DNA from: an uncultured Spirochaetota bacterium
GTDB lineage: Bacteria; Spirochaetota; Spirochaetia; SZUA-6; Fen-1364
Direction of reading: 5' to 3'
Length of the DNA stretch: 64,000 nucleotides
Assembly (NCBI GenBank): GCA_963745235.1
Contig: CAVUXE010000052.1
Coordinates: 32,001 to 96,000, forward strand
The notes under the pieces were generated by a model. That model made no database searches. It saw only the letters and a program-made list of their open reading frames with translations, and was not told the origin of the DNA. Position numbers and translations under genes: made by a program. Shown piece by piece: positions 1-9,582 of this stretch (its first letter is position 1; every line of letters begins with the position of its first letter).

Positions 1-732
1 GTCAAAGGCGCGTGTGCTCACTTTGCCTTCCCCGGGGCGCTTTTCGACGGAAGAGAGGAGCTTGTCCGTGTCTTCGCGGTAGACGAAGTCCTCCCGCGAG
101 ACCAGGTCTTTTCCTTTGCGGTGCTCTCTTTGAATGGCGCGCCCCCTGTCGTCATAGCGGGCAATGTAGGCGTCATCTCCGTCCTGGTTCCATTCCTCCG
201 AGGGACCCGAGCGTCCCGCGACGAATGAGGAAACGCGCTCCTCTTCTTTTTCTCCCGTGCGCCTCACCTCGCGAAGGCTCCCCCGAGACGTATAGAAATA
301 CTCCTCCGCGTACACGAGGGTGCCGTCCGGCGCAAGCACCCGCACCCTCAGGACGCGGGAGGAAGCGTAGGTGAAAAGAGACTTCTGGGTGAGCTTTCCC
401 TTGCTGTACTGATCCTCTTCGGTGAGATCCCCGTTTGCGGCGTACACCCTGCGGGCAGCCAGCGCCCCACCGGCAAGCTCGCGCTCTTCCCTCCCGCCGT
501 CGGCGGTGCCGGTGATCTCCCACCGTCGTGTTTCCTTGCCGTCCTGGAAAAGGCGCCGCACTTCACCGCCCGTCTTCGCGGTTACCTCGAGGACCCATTT
601 CAGCTCGTCGCGGCGCCACGAAGGGATGGGCTCCAGCTGCATGCCGAAGTCATTCGACCTGTAGAGGGCCGCTGCCGCAAGGAGGGGAAGAGCGCTGAGG
701 AGGAGGCACGGAATACAGAGACGCAGTCTCAC
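1..732 (-). CDS. Secreted hypothetical protein with YD/RHS-like beta-hairpin repeats; runs off the window start
   Basis: Manual translation from GTG 732, 1 nt after the ftsY stop: MRLRLCIPCLLLSALPLLAAAALYRSNDFG... with signal peptide and YD-like segments (YAANGDLTEE, YTSRGSLREV, YDDRGRAIQRE). Open to position 1, so absent from the ORF track. Confidence 0.75.
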   Translation of the reverse strand, partial: MRLRLCIPCLLLSALPLLAAAALYRSNDFGMQLEPIPSWRRDELKWVLEVTAKTGGEVRRLFQDGKETRRWEITGTADGGREERELAGGALAARRVYAANGDLTEEDQYSKGKLTQKSLFTYASSRVLRVRVLAPDGTLVYAEEYFYTSRGSLREVRRTGEKEEERVSSFVAGRSGPSEEWNQDGDDAYIARYDDRGRAIQREHRKGKDLVSREDFVYREDTDKLLSSVEKRPGEGKVSTRAFD

Positions 733-733
733 C

Positions 734-1612
734 TCATGACTCTCCGACGAGCGATTTCAGATAGAGGACCGGATCGAAGACGTGAAGGTCGTCGAGCGTT
801 TCCCCGTCCGCCAGAAACGAGATGGGAACTCCGAGCTCGCGGCAGATGGGTACAACCATCCCCCCCTTGGCCGTGGAGTCCATTTTCGTAAGCACGATGG
901 AATCTATCCCGACCGCCTTGTGGAAGACCTCCGCCTGCGCCAGCGAGTTCTGGCCGGTTGTCGCATCCACGACGAGAATCTTGCGGTATCCCGCTCCTCC
1001 CGTCCGCGACATCACGATCTTGTCGATCTTGGCAAGCTCCTTGACCAGCGCATCCCTGGTGTGGAGCCTGCCCGCCGTGTCCGCAATGACCAGCGGTATC
1101 CCCCTGGCCACGGCGCTGGAGATCCCGTCAAAGATGACCGCGCCGGGGTCCGCGCCCGGGTCCTGTGCAACAACGGGCATGTCCAGCCTCTGTCCAAGGA
1201 TCTTCAGCTGGTCGATGGCAGCGGCCCGGAACGTGTCTCCGGCTACCAGGAGAATGCGTTCAACGCCCCTGTTTGCGCGAAAATGCCGTGCCAGCTTGGC
1301 GATGGTCGTCGTCTTCCCGACGCCGTTCACGCCGAGCACCAGGATCACGTTCAGCGCATCCGGGACAATGGCGAGCTCCGCGGAAATCAGGTTCTTTCCC
1401 AGCACCTCCGTGAGCGCCCCGCGGAGCTCCTCACGGGTCCTGATGCCCTCCTTGCGAGCCGTCTCGCGCAGGGCCTCGATTGTCTCGGAAGCGTAGCGCA
1501 CGCCGACGTCCGCCTCGATCAGCGCGTCCTCGAGCTCCTCGTAGAACTTTCCGTCGATCTCCCGTGATCCGAAGATCTCCCGCAGCCGCTTTCCCAGACC
1601 TGCAAATGCCAT
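734..1612 (-). CDS. ftsY: SRP receptor FtsY, short NG-domain-only form
   Basis: GVNGVGKTTTIAKLA, DTFRAAA, DTAGR, TKMDSTAKGG motifs. Confidence 0.97.
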   Translation of the reverse strand: MAFAGLGKRLREIFGSREIDGKFYEELEDALIEADVGVRYASETIEALRETARKEGIRTREELRGALTEVLGKNLISAELAIVPDALNVILVLGVNGVGKTTTIAKLARHFRANRGVERILLVAGDTFRAAAIDQLKILGQRLDMPVVAQDPGADPGAVIFDGISSAVARGIPLVIADTAGRLHTRDALVKELAKIDKIVMSRTGGAGYRKILVVDATTGQNSLAQAEVFHKAVGIDSIVLTKMDSTAKGGMVVPICRELGVPISFLADGETLDDLHVFDPVLYLKSLVGES

Positions 1613-1621
1613 GTGTGCTTC

Positions 1622-3158
1622 CTACCCGGCGGTCCTGGTGGACACCGTGACGTAATGGATGATCCTGAACAGCATCCACGTGAAAAGCGAAGCGCTCACC
1701 ACCGTGCCGACGAGGTAACCCCCGTAGAACAGCGTGCCCCTGACCTGGGCGCTGGTGTACTGCGGGCCGCTGCCAAGCTCCCTCGCCTGCACGGCGGAGT
1801 CCAGCGCAAATGCGTAGCAGAAGAGGGGAACGGGAAGCGAGAGCGCGAACCACGTAAAGGCGTCATAGAAGTCGTTCCGCGCCTTCTTCTGGACCGCGTC
1901 CCGGGAAACCGTGTCAGGCTGCAGGACGAGGGAAAGCTCCGCCGGGGAGCTTTCGCTGATGGAGAAAGGCATGTCGTAGAAGCCCTGCGCCGTGATGTCC
2001 ACGCGCGTCCGGTCGAACGGCGTTTCGAGGGACAGCGGGGTCTTGCCCTTCCAGACGGATTCCACGTATACGTCCGCGCCGGATGGCGTGGATGAGATGA
2101 CGACAGTTCCCGTCTTCTCTTTCTCCAGGGTTACGGAGACTGAAGCTTCCTCTGCGTCCCCCAGCGACATCGTCTGGGTCAGATCGCGATATCCCGGCGC
2201 AGACACCTTGATGTCGAGGGTCCCCGGCGTCACGTACAGGAGCGGAGTCCGCCCGGTCGCCACCAGCTTCCCGCCGACGAACAGGGAGCCCCCCGGCGGA
2301 TCCGGGGTGAAGGAAATGGCGGCCCAGGGCTTCCCGAGGAACAGTCCGGTGAGCTGCCTGCCCGCCGGGGGCACGGACTGGTACACCTCGTCCCTCCGCG
2401 CCGCATCCCGGTAGCTCACGACCACGGAGTTGCTGGCCGCATCGTATGCCCACACGTCGAGCAGCACGTAGCCCTCCACGTCGCGGACCATGCCGCCGAC
2501 AAGGAGGTCGATCCCCTGGCGCTCGCAGAACACGGAGGCCGGGATGGAAAGCGCATCGAACAGCTTGCCCACCCCGCTTCCCTCTTTGACCGAAAGGGGC
2601 TTTTGCTCCGCCACCTTGATGAGGGTGAGGTCCATGGACTTGAGAAAGTCTCTTCGCGCAAGCGCAAGGGTGATTTTCGCGTCCACGGCCGAGGTGGGTG
2701 GAATTGTGGCGTCAATGGCGTTGAGGAGAAGCGCGTCACGCTCCTTGTACAGGGCAGTGACGTTCTGGTCCACCGTGGTCAGCTCGTGAGCTATCAGGGC
2801 ATGGCGCACCCTGTCACGGTCCGTCGCGGGCAGCGAATGAACGGAGATCCCCGCCAGCTGGTTTTTCAGCATCAGTGGGATGCTGTACGTGAGGTACTGG
2901 TCCTCGGGGGGCACCCGTTCCGCATTGAGGGCGCAGAACCCGACCACCCACGTGTCCTTCTTGTCCACCGGGACCGACAGATCGGGCTTTCCGGTGCCTG
3001 ACTGCGGCGGCCGGCGACGGCGGAGTGGTGGACCCGGCGGCCGTGGGCGGTGGCCGTGGGGACCCGGGAGCTTGCGATGCGCCGGGGAGCGTCACCTGCG
3101 CCGCGAGGGGCAGGAGAGGAAGGCACAGGAGCAGCAGGACGGCCTCAGCGCTTTTCAT
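1622..3158 (-). CDS. PEGA-domain protein with signal peptide and C-terminal TM helices; apparent frameshift in the Pro-rich linker near 3000-3050
   Basis: PEGA-like repeats (ISSTPSGADVYVESVWKGKTPL) in ORF 1622..2968. Signal peptide MKSAEAVLLLLCLPLLPLAAQ starts at ATG 3158 (overlapping the cheY stop) in another frame. Confidence 0.75.
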
Positions 3159-3526
3159 CACACGATGTTGAGCGCCTTCTTGAGGGCCGAGACCACTCTC
3201 TGAGGCTGAAAGGGCTTGACGATGAAATCTTTCGCGCCCATCTCGATTGCCTGGATGATCAGGCGCTGCTGGCCGATGGCGGAGCACATGATGATGCGGG
3301 CCGCGGGGTCGACCTCGCGGATCTTCTTGAGCGCGGTGAGACCGTCCATTCCCGGCATGGTGATGTCCATCAGCACCACGTCCGGCCTCGTGTCGAGGTA
3401 CCGGGCAATCGCCTCGTCTCCATTGGAGGCTTCCCCTACCACGCGGAAGCCGGACTTTTCCAGGATGTCGCGGAGGACGATCTTGATGAAAGCAAGGTCG
3501 TCAACTATCAGTACGTTGACCGCCAT
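3158..3526 (-). CDS. cheY: CheY-like single-domain response regulator
   Basis: VLIVDD, phosphoacceptor DVVLMDITMPGMDG, KDFIVKPF; 122 aa, no output domain. Confidence 0.9.
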   Translation of the reverse strand: MAVNVLIVDDLAFIKIVLRDILEKSGFRVVGEASNGDEAIARYLDTRPDVVLMDITMPGMDGLTALKKIREVDPAARIIMCSAIGQQRLIIQAIEMGAKDFIVKPFQPQRVVSALKKALNIV

Positions 3527-4629
3527 CTTTCTTCCCGAGCCATTGCTGCTTCAGGTACGCTTCGATGAAGGGATCGATCTCCCCGTCCATGACGGCCTGG
3601 ATGTTGCCGACCTCCTGCTTGGTGCGGTGGTCCTTGACCAGCGTATAGGGCTGGAAGGTGTACGATCGGATCTGATTGCCCCAGGAGATGTCCTTCTTCT
3701 CCTGCGCCAGCTTCTCTTTCTCCTTGTCCTGCTCTTCCTTGTAGTGCTCGTACAGGCGGGAGCGAAGGACCTTCATCGCGAACGCCTTGTTCTTGTACTG
3801 GCTGCGCTCGTTCTGGCACTGGACGACGATCCCGGTGGGGAGGTGCGTTATGCGCACCGCTGAGTCCGTCTTGTTCACGTGCTGACCGCCGGCGCCTCCC
3901 GCGCGATACGTATCTATGCGCAGGTCCTCAGGACGGATGTCCACCTCGATGGTGTCATCCAGGACCGGGAAGCAGAAGACGGAAGCAAAGGAGGTATGGC
4001 GCCGCGCGTTGGAGTCGAAGGGGGAAATGCGCACGAGCCTGTGGATGCCGGTTTCCGACTTGAGATAGCCGTATGCGTAGTCCCCGTTCACCTGCAGGGT
4101 GACGCTCTTGATTCCCCCTTCCCCCTCCAGGATGTCGATGATGTCCGCCGTGTACCCGCGCCGCTCCGACCACCGCGTGTACATGCGCAGAAGCATGGCC
4201 GCCCAGTCGTTCGCTTCGTTCCCGCCGGCCCCTGAATGGATGGTGAGAAAGGCAGACGAGGCATCCGCCTCTTCCCCCAGGAGCTCGAGAACCTTCAGGT
4301 CGGAGTACTTCTTCGACAGGGTGTCCCAGGTGCGGCGCAGGTCCTCCTCAAGGGACTCGTCTTTCTCCTCCAGGGCCATGCGCCACAGCCCGGCGAGGTC
4401 CTCATACTCGGAACGCAGCTTCTCCCATGGCTCGTACCTTCCCTTCAGCTCTTTCAGCCGGGACAACGCCTTGCCGGCCTGTTCCTTGTCCAGCCAGAAA
4501 TCGGGCTGCGCGGTTTGCTTCTCGATCTCCGCGATCTGCCTCTTCAGAGCTTCCGGGTCAAAGACCCCTCCAGGTTTCCTGGATCTGCTCTCCGAGGGAT
4601 GTGAGTTTCTGTTCGAGCTCTCCTAGCAC
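3501..4629 (-). CDS. prfB: Peptide chain release factor 2, translated through a programmed +1 frameshift
   Basis: SPF and GGQ motifs. First frame GTG 4629 ...TGG AGG GGT CTT TGA; the +1 frame continues DPEALKRQIAEIEKQTAQPDFW. Confidence 0.97.
4557..4571 (-). promoter_or_regulatory. prfB autoregulatory +1 frameshift site
   Basis: Minus strand reads GGAGGGGT-CTT-TGA-C: internal SD plus slippery CUU-UGA-C, the canonical RF2 cassette. Confidence 0.95.
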
Positions 4630-4639
4630 GGGTGCCCCT

Positions 4640-4912
4640 TCATGTCTTGACGATCAGCCTTCGCCACTTCTTTTCCTTGAGGATGGTGATCGCCAGTGTT
4701 CCCTCCACCGGATACTGGTAGAGGCGTATGCTGTCATACGAGTCCGCAATGCCGTCAAGATCCCTTTTCAGCCGACGCAGCGCGGTCTCCGAAACCGTGG
4801 TGCTCTCAAAGGCGTCCTTCAGGACCTTCTTGAAGCCGTACTGGCCCAGGATATCATGGCCGGACCTGCGATGGTCATCGTTCGCGAACTCGCAGGCTAC
4901 AGCGACAAACAT
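4640..4912 (-). CDS. Orphan Cas2-like protein (90 aa)
   Basis: MFVAVACEFANDDHRRSGHDILGQYGFKKVLKDAFESTTVSETALRRLKRDLDGIADSYDSIRLYQY matches the Cas2 pattern (hydrophobic beta1, RR..v.kiL..YG...q.SvFE, L..L...L..., DsiRiY). Confidence 0.75.
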   Translation of the reverse strand: MFVAVACEFANDDHRRSGHDILGQYGFKKVLKDAFESTTVSETALRRLKRDLDGIADSYDSIRLYQYPVEGTLAITILKEKKWRRLIVKT

Positions 4913-4920
4913 ATCGCTTG

Positions 4921-4949
4921 AGTGTATGAGTTTGCCCGGCATCTGTCAA
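4921..4949 (-). promoter_or_regulatory. Sigma70-type promoter for the cas2-like/prfB/cheY/PEGA/ftsY operon
   Basis: TTGACA-17 nt-TACACT, ending 8 nt before ATG 4912; no SD. Confidence 0.75.
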
Positions 4950-5041
4950 ATGGAGAACCCGTCCCGTCCTGTCCCGTTCGGAAACCGATTGCACTGGACA
5001 ATGGGTTGGAATCTCACAACAATAGAGGTTGTGGAGGTATC

Positions 5042-6295
5042 ATGACGCGGGGACGCGGCCGCGCGGCCGTGATTGCGCTCTTTTTTCTTTCATCCGTCCT
5101 CGTTTTTTCTCTGGATGAAGAGGAATTGCCGTTTCCGTTTGTCTCTCTGCTCAAGGCGGAGGTGGCTGGTTTCCAGATCAAGCTCAGCTGGAGAGACGCT
5201 CCGGAAACCGTGACGAGGTACCTCGTCTACCGGTACACGGAGGAGTTGACGGCGGAGAACCTCGCAATGGCCCAGATGATCGGCCAGGTCGCCCCGGGCG
5301 TGCAGTTCTTCATCGATACTCCGCCTGATGAGAAAGCGTACTTCTACTCGGTCCTCGCCCAGGATTCCGGGGGCAAGATGTTCTCCACTCTCATCCCGTT
5401 TCGCAACAAGACCCTCGCCGGAGTGGCCGTCACCACGCCAGCCACCGAAGAGCAGGCAGCCGCGCGGATCAGCGGCATCCATGCGGCACCCATTCCCGGC
5501 AGTGACGGAATAGAGGTCACATTCCAATCCTCGAACCCGGGCAGGGACCTGCTTCTCTTCCGAAGCACGGCCCCGATCATGATCGCGGAAGATCTCCTGC
5601 GCTCCGCCTCGGCAACGCAGCTGGACGCGGGGACGACTCAAACCGCTGTCCCTGTGCTTCCCGGTGTCGACTACTGGTTCACCGTGGTGGACGCCGGCCT
5701 GTACAAGCTGGGCAGAGTTCCCCTTGCTCGGGGAACCAACACGACCCTGGATCCGGTTCAGATTCCCGTGGGAAACGGCAGCGCTTCCCTCCCTCCAATG
5801 CCGCCCCGGCGACCTCTTCCCCTGCCCTCCCTGGAGATCACCTACGGAATACAGACCGGACGGCAGCTGCCCGGAGTTTCCTTCCCCGGACTGCCTCCCG
5901 AGCGGTCAATCTCCGCGGCAACCCAGAAGGCGTTGTCGATCCTCCTCGCGGCAGCTCCCCGTCCCCTTCAGAAGGAAATGGTCCGCACCGTGCTGCCTTC
6001 CGAAGCCACGCCTTCTCCCGACAGCGAGGAGGCCCTTCTGCAGGCCATCGTCAAGGGCCCTTTCATGAGCGGCGACGTCCCGTCCGCGGAGGGCGAGCTC
6101 CTGGACTTCCTTTCCCTGCGGCGCGCCGCGGACGTGCAGGCCCGCGCCCACTACTACCTCGGCCAGGCCTATTTCTTTGACAAGCGCCCGCGGGAGGCGC
6201 TCCTGGAGTTCCTCCTTGCAGAAGACCCCTACTACCATGAAGTGGATCAGTGGAAGGACGCGTGCTTCCAGCAGCTGGAGAAGGAAGACGACTAG
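5042..6295 (+). CDS. Exported protein with Fn3-like beta domains and a C-terminal TPR-like helical region
   Basis: GGAGG RBS, signal peptide, IKLSW...YLVYR...YFYSV Fn3-like pattern, ARAHYYLGQAYFF TPR-like motif. Confidence 0.75.
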   Translation: MTRGRGRAAVIALFFLSSVLVFSLDEEELPFPFVSLLKAEVAGFQIKLSWRDAPETVTRYLVYRYTEELTAENLAMAQMIGQVAPGVQFFIDTPPDEKAYFYSVLAQDSGGKMFSTLIPFRNKTLAGVAVTTPATEEQAAARISGIHAAPIPGSDGIEVTFQSSNPGRDLLLFRSTAPIMIAEDLLRSASATQLDAGTTQTAVPVLPGVDYWFTVVDAGLYKLGRVPLARGTNTTLDPVQIPVGNGSASLPPMPPRRPLPLPSLEITYGIQTGRQLPGVSFPGLPPERSISAATQKALSILLAAAPRPLQKEMVRTVLPSEATPSPDSEEALLQAIVKGPFMSGDVPSAEGELLDFLSLRRAADVQARAHYYLGQAYFFDKRPREALLEFLLAEDPYYHEVDQWKDACFQQLEKEDD

Positions 6296-6304
6296 GAGCC
6301 CGCC

Positions 6305-8311
6305 TCAGGCGCTCGGTGTCTTCTCGAAGCCCACGCTCAGGTGATTCTCCCAGGACTCCGCGGGCTGCAGGCGCAGATCCCACTGCTGGATGAAACAGTG
6401 GAACTGGAAGATCGGGCTGCGGTCAGGCACGCCCGGGGTCAGCGTTTCCACGGGCAGGCTCCAGCACAGAAAAGGCTTCGCTGACGAAAGGGTTATGGAA
6501 ACCTCGTTTCGCACGTCACGCACCAGAAGTCCCTGGACACCTTCGATCTGCTGCTGGTCCGAGCTTATTTCCGATTTCCTGTCCTCATCGAGCAGGAACA
6601 ACCTCCCGCTCTCCACGCTGCGCTCCGCGAGGGAAACGTTCATTTCCACGCCGAACCTCGCGGCCATCTCCGCGTCTCCGAGATTCGAAACCTTGTAGTA
6701 GACGTCGATCGACCGGGGGCGGAACACGAACCTCTTTTCGATCCCCGCCATCTGGCCGGGGCTCACGGCGGCTGTTCTTCTCATCAGGAGCTCAGGCAGC
6801 GCGCGGTTGAGCTCCACCAGGTCGTAGGGTCCCGCGAGGAAGTCTCCGGCCTCGGCATATCGACCGGAGCGGAACTCCTCCAGTGAGCAGTCAGGCGGGA
6901 GAAAGTGGTCCAGGAAGGCCTTGCGGGGGTACAGTGTCCCGGGACGGGCGTCTCCGCCGTCCCGTTGCACCATGGTGTCCAGGTAGTTCCACGAAGCGGG
7001 AAGGAAGTCCAGCTCGAACAGCGCTCCTCCCGTGGCATGAATGTAGGCGTTGAGCTCGGAGCCCTGGTACAGGTACTCGATGCCGTTGTCCAGGTCGTAG
7101 TCGACGCTCATGATGGACGGGACGAAGATTTCCGTTGCGCGCGTGATCTTCTCCGCTTCGATCAGGGAATGGTAGACCGCCTTCCTCAGCAGGTTGTCGT
7201 AGATCCCGCCTTCGACTCCCGACCAGTACGCGAAGTGGCACTGCCCTTTCCACAGCTCGTTCTGCGCCGCCTTTTTCTTGTACCTGTCCCCCCGGACCTG
7301 GTTCACGATCACATGGGTGTACATCATCTTCGCGTACATGAGCCACGCCTCGGGGTACCGGGTGAGGAACTGGCGGAAATGTCCGCCGACGACGAACCTC
7401 TCTGAATCTGACTCCGTGAGGCTCCTCTGCCGGGCCTCGAGGTATTTCCCGCGTACGTCGGGGGCAAGCGCCCATCCCATCATGTCCATGGACGACAGGG
7501 AGGGAACGTACAGTCGCTCGCCGGGCGGATGCTCTCTCAGGTATTGACCCGGGGTCGTTGCCTGGAGCCAGCCGCGGCTTTCCTCCGTCATACGGATGAA
7601 CTTCTCCAGCCAGTCTCCCCTCAGGAAGCCCTCCGAGGCGGAGATCCCGTCCTCCAGCAGGATTGCGACGGGCGCGACCTCCCGGGGGCCGGATGAGGAA
7701 CCTTCCGCAACCGACTTCAGGAATGAGATGACTGCGGCGGGATCTTCCCGCGCGGCCAGCGAGCGCAGATGGCCCGAGATGGGGAAAAGCGATATGATTT
7801 TGCCCTGGTCTTCGGCGATGGCGGGCCGGAGCACGCGGTCTTCCCGGACGCCGGCAATGCGGAACTGTCCGTCGTCCAGAAACGTGTAGTCGATCCCGCT
7901 CACCCGCAGGACCGATGCGAGGGAAGGCTCCCAGACCTTCTCCGCAATCCAGCACCCCCGCGGTCGGATCTCGAACCGACCCCGAAGCCACGTGGTCATT
8001 TTTTCGAGCTGCCCGAGCTTGTCGTTGGTCGGGATGAGGGAGAGGACGGGATCGAAGTATCCCCCGCCGAGCACCTCCACCTGCCCCCGCTTGACCATCT
8101 CCTCCAGGAGCATGAGAAACTCGGGGTGAAACTCCTCCAGCCACTCCAGGAGCACGCCGCTGTAATGCAGCACCACGGGAAAGTCCGGGTACCGGTAGAG
8201 CACGGCAAGCAGAGGCTTAAAGGCCTTCTGGTAACGTCTTTCCGCGGCGTTTTGATCCGTGCCGATGGGGATGTGGTTGTGCGTGCCCAGGATGAGCTGG
8301 ACTTTTCCCAT
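6305..8311 (-). CDS. GH57 alpha-amylase/4-alpha-glucanotransferase-like protein
   Basis: HNHxP, LHYSGVLLEW, GGGYFDPVL, WIAEKVWEP (nucleophile Glu), GQCHFAYW, DYDLDNGIE. Confidence 0.9.
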   Translation of the reverse strand: MGKVQLILGTHNHIPIGTDQNAAERRYQKAFKPLLAVLYRYPDFPVVLHYSGVLLEWLEEFHPEFLMLLEEMVKRGQVEVLGGGYFDPVLSLIPTNDKLGQLEKMTTWLRGRFEIRPRGCWIAEKVWEPSLASVLRVSGIDYTFLDDGQFRIAGVREDRVLRPAIAEDQGKIISLFPISGHLRSLAAREDPAAVISFLKSVAEGSSSGPREVAPVAILLEDGISASEGFLRGDWLEKFIRMTEESRGWLQATTPGQYLREHPPGERLYVPSLSSMDMMGWALAPDVRGKYLEARQRSLTESDSERFVVGGHFRQFLTRYPEAWLMYAKMMYTHVIVNQVRGDRYKKKAAQNELWKGQCHFAYWSGVEGGIYDNLLRKAVYHSLIEAEKITRATEIFVPSIMSVDYDLDNGIEYLYQGSELNAYIHATGGALFELDFLPASWNYLDTMVQRDGGDARPGTLYPRKAFLDHFLPPDCSLEEFRSGRYAEAGDFLAGPYDLVELNRALPELLMRRTAAVSPGQMAGIEKRFVFRPRSIDVYYKVSNLGDAEMAARFGVEMNVSLAERSVESGRLFLLDEDRKSEISSDQQQIEGVQGLLVRDVRNEVSITLSSAKPFLCWSLPVETLTPGVPDRSPIFQFHCFIQQWDLRLQPAESWENHLSVGFEKTPSA

Positions 8312-8323
8312 GATCTGTTTTTC

Positions 8324-8920
8324 CTACCACCCCTGAAAGAGCCGGGAGAGAAAGGCCCTGTCGAATGCCATGAAGGCGTACGCAAGAAGCCCCGCGGATA
8401 TGAGGTGCAGCGGCAGGCCGCGCAGCCATTCCGGCACCTTTTCCACCTCCAGCCGCTCGCGGATTGCCGTCAGCAGGGTGAGCGCGATGAAGAACCCTCC
8501 GCCGGCGGCAAGCCCCACGACGAGGCTCTGCAACGCGGTGAAGCCGCCCTTCGCGGCTATCAGGACAACCCCCAGGGTGGCGCAATTGACGGCTATCCCG
8601 GCCAGGGGAATCCCCGCGGCGCGTAGGAGCTGGGGGACGGCGCGGCGCGCCACGACATCCAGGAGGCCGGCCAGGCCCGCAACCGCCAGGACAAATGCGG
8701 GAGTTCGGAGGAACTCCAGGCCGAGGGGGCGAAGCAGGAAGGATTCAAGCGCCCACGCGGCAAGCGCGGACAGGCTCATGAGCAATGCGGTTGCCGCCGA
8801 GGTGCCGGCGGTGGCGCGCATTCCCCCCGGCGATCCGACGCACGGGCATATCCCCAGGAGCCGCGAAAGCACGATGTTGTCGACCAGCGAGAATGTGAGG
8901 ATGATCCCGAGCAGGCTCAT
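8324..8920 (-). CDS. rnfA: Rnf complex subunit A
   Basis: DNIVLSRLLGICP, IAVNCATLG, IRERL...P..LRGLP. Confidence 0.92.
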   Translation of the reverse strand: MSLLGIILTFSLVDNIVLSRLLGICPCVGSPGGMRATAGTSAATALLMSLSALAAWALESFLLRPLGLEFLRTPAFVLAVAGLAGLLDVVARRAVPQLLRAAGIPLAGIAVNCATLGVVLIAAKGGFTALQSLVVGLAAGGGFFIALTLLTAIRERLEVEKVPEWLRGLPLHLISAGLLAYAFMAFDRAFLSRLFQGW

Positions 8921-9582
8921 GCGCGCTCAGCCCCCTTCACCCGCCGCACAAGCCGCGCGGCGCCTGCCAGGTAGCCCAGGCAGAGAAGGCCGCCGCCCGC
9001 GTAAACCAGGGCGCGTGCAGGGGCAAGGGAAATACCGCCCACGGCGATGGTCCCGCCAAAGGAACCTATGGGGAAGAGCGTTATGGTCCCGGACCCAAGG
9101 GTTTCGCGGATGAGAGAGATCACGATCAGGGAGAGGGCGAATCCCGCGCCAAGACCGCTGGCCTGCCCCAGCGACCTGCCGATTTCTCCAGGACCCGCCG
9201 GTTCCTGGGAGCCCCTCCCCGCGAGGCGGTCCAACACGATGCAGTTCACGGCGATGAGCGGAGCGTATATTCCCAGGCCGGCGCTCTCATCAGGGGCGAA
9301 TGCCCCCAGAACCAGCTCGAAGCTGGCCGTGAAGCAGGAGGCGAGGAACAACAGGCTCAGCCAGTCCGTCATGTGCCCCGTGCCGGACCCTGGAAAGCTG
9401 AAGGCCTTGAGGATTTCCAGGCTGAGGCGCGTGAGAAGCAGGACGAGGATGAGCCCCGCTGACATCCACAAGGCATCGATCACCCGGCCGGTCACCGCCG
9501 CTGCGGGGCAGAGGCCGACCAGCATCACCGCGACGGGATTGTTCCGGAACAATCCGCCCGACCGTGTTGAGGGACCATTCAT
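8917..9582 (-). CDS. rnfE: Rnf complex subunit E
   Basis: RNNPVAVMLVGLCPAAAVT, LGIYAPLIAVNCIVL, IRETLGSGTI; ATG 9582 overlaps the rnfD stop. Confidence 0.9.
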   Translation of the reverse strand: MNGPSTRSGGLFRNNPVAVMLVGLCPAAAVTGRVIDALWMSAGLILVLLLTRLSLEILKAFSFPGSGTGHMTDWLSLLFLASCFTASFELVLGAFAPDESAGLGIYAPLIAVNCIVLDRLAGRGSQEPAGPGEIGRSLGQASGLGAGFALSLIVISLIRETLGSGTITLFPIGSFGGTIAVGGISLAPARALVYAGGGLLCLGYLAGAARLVRRVKGAERA

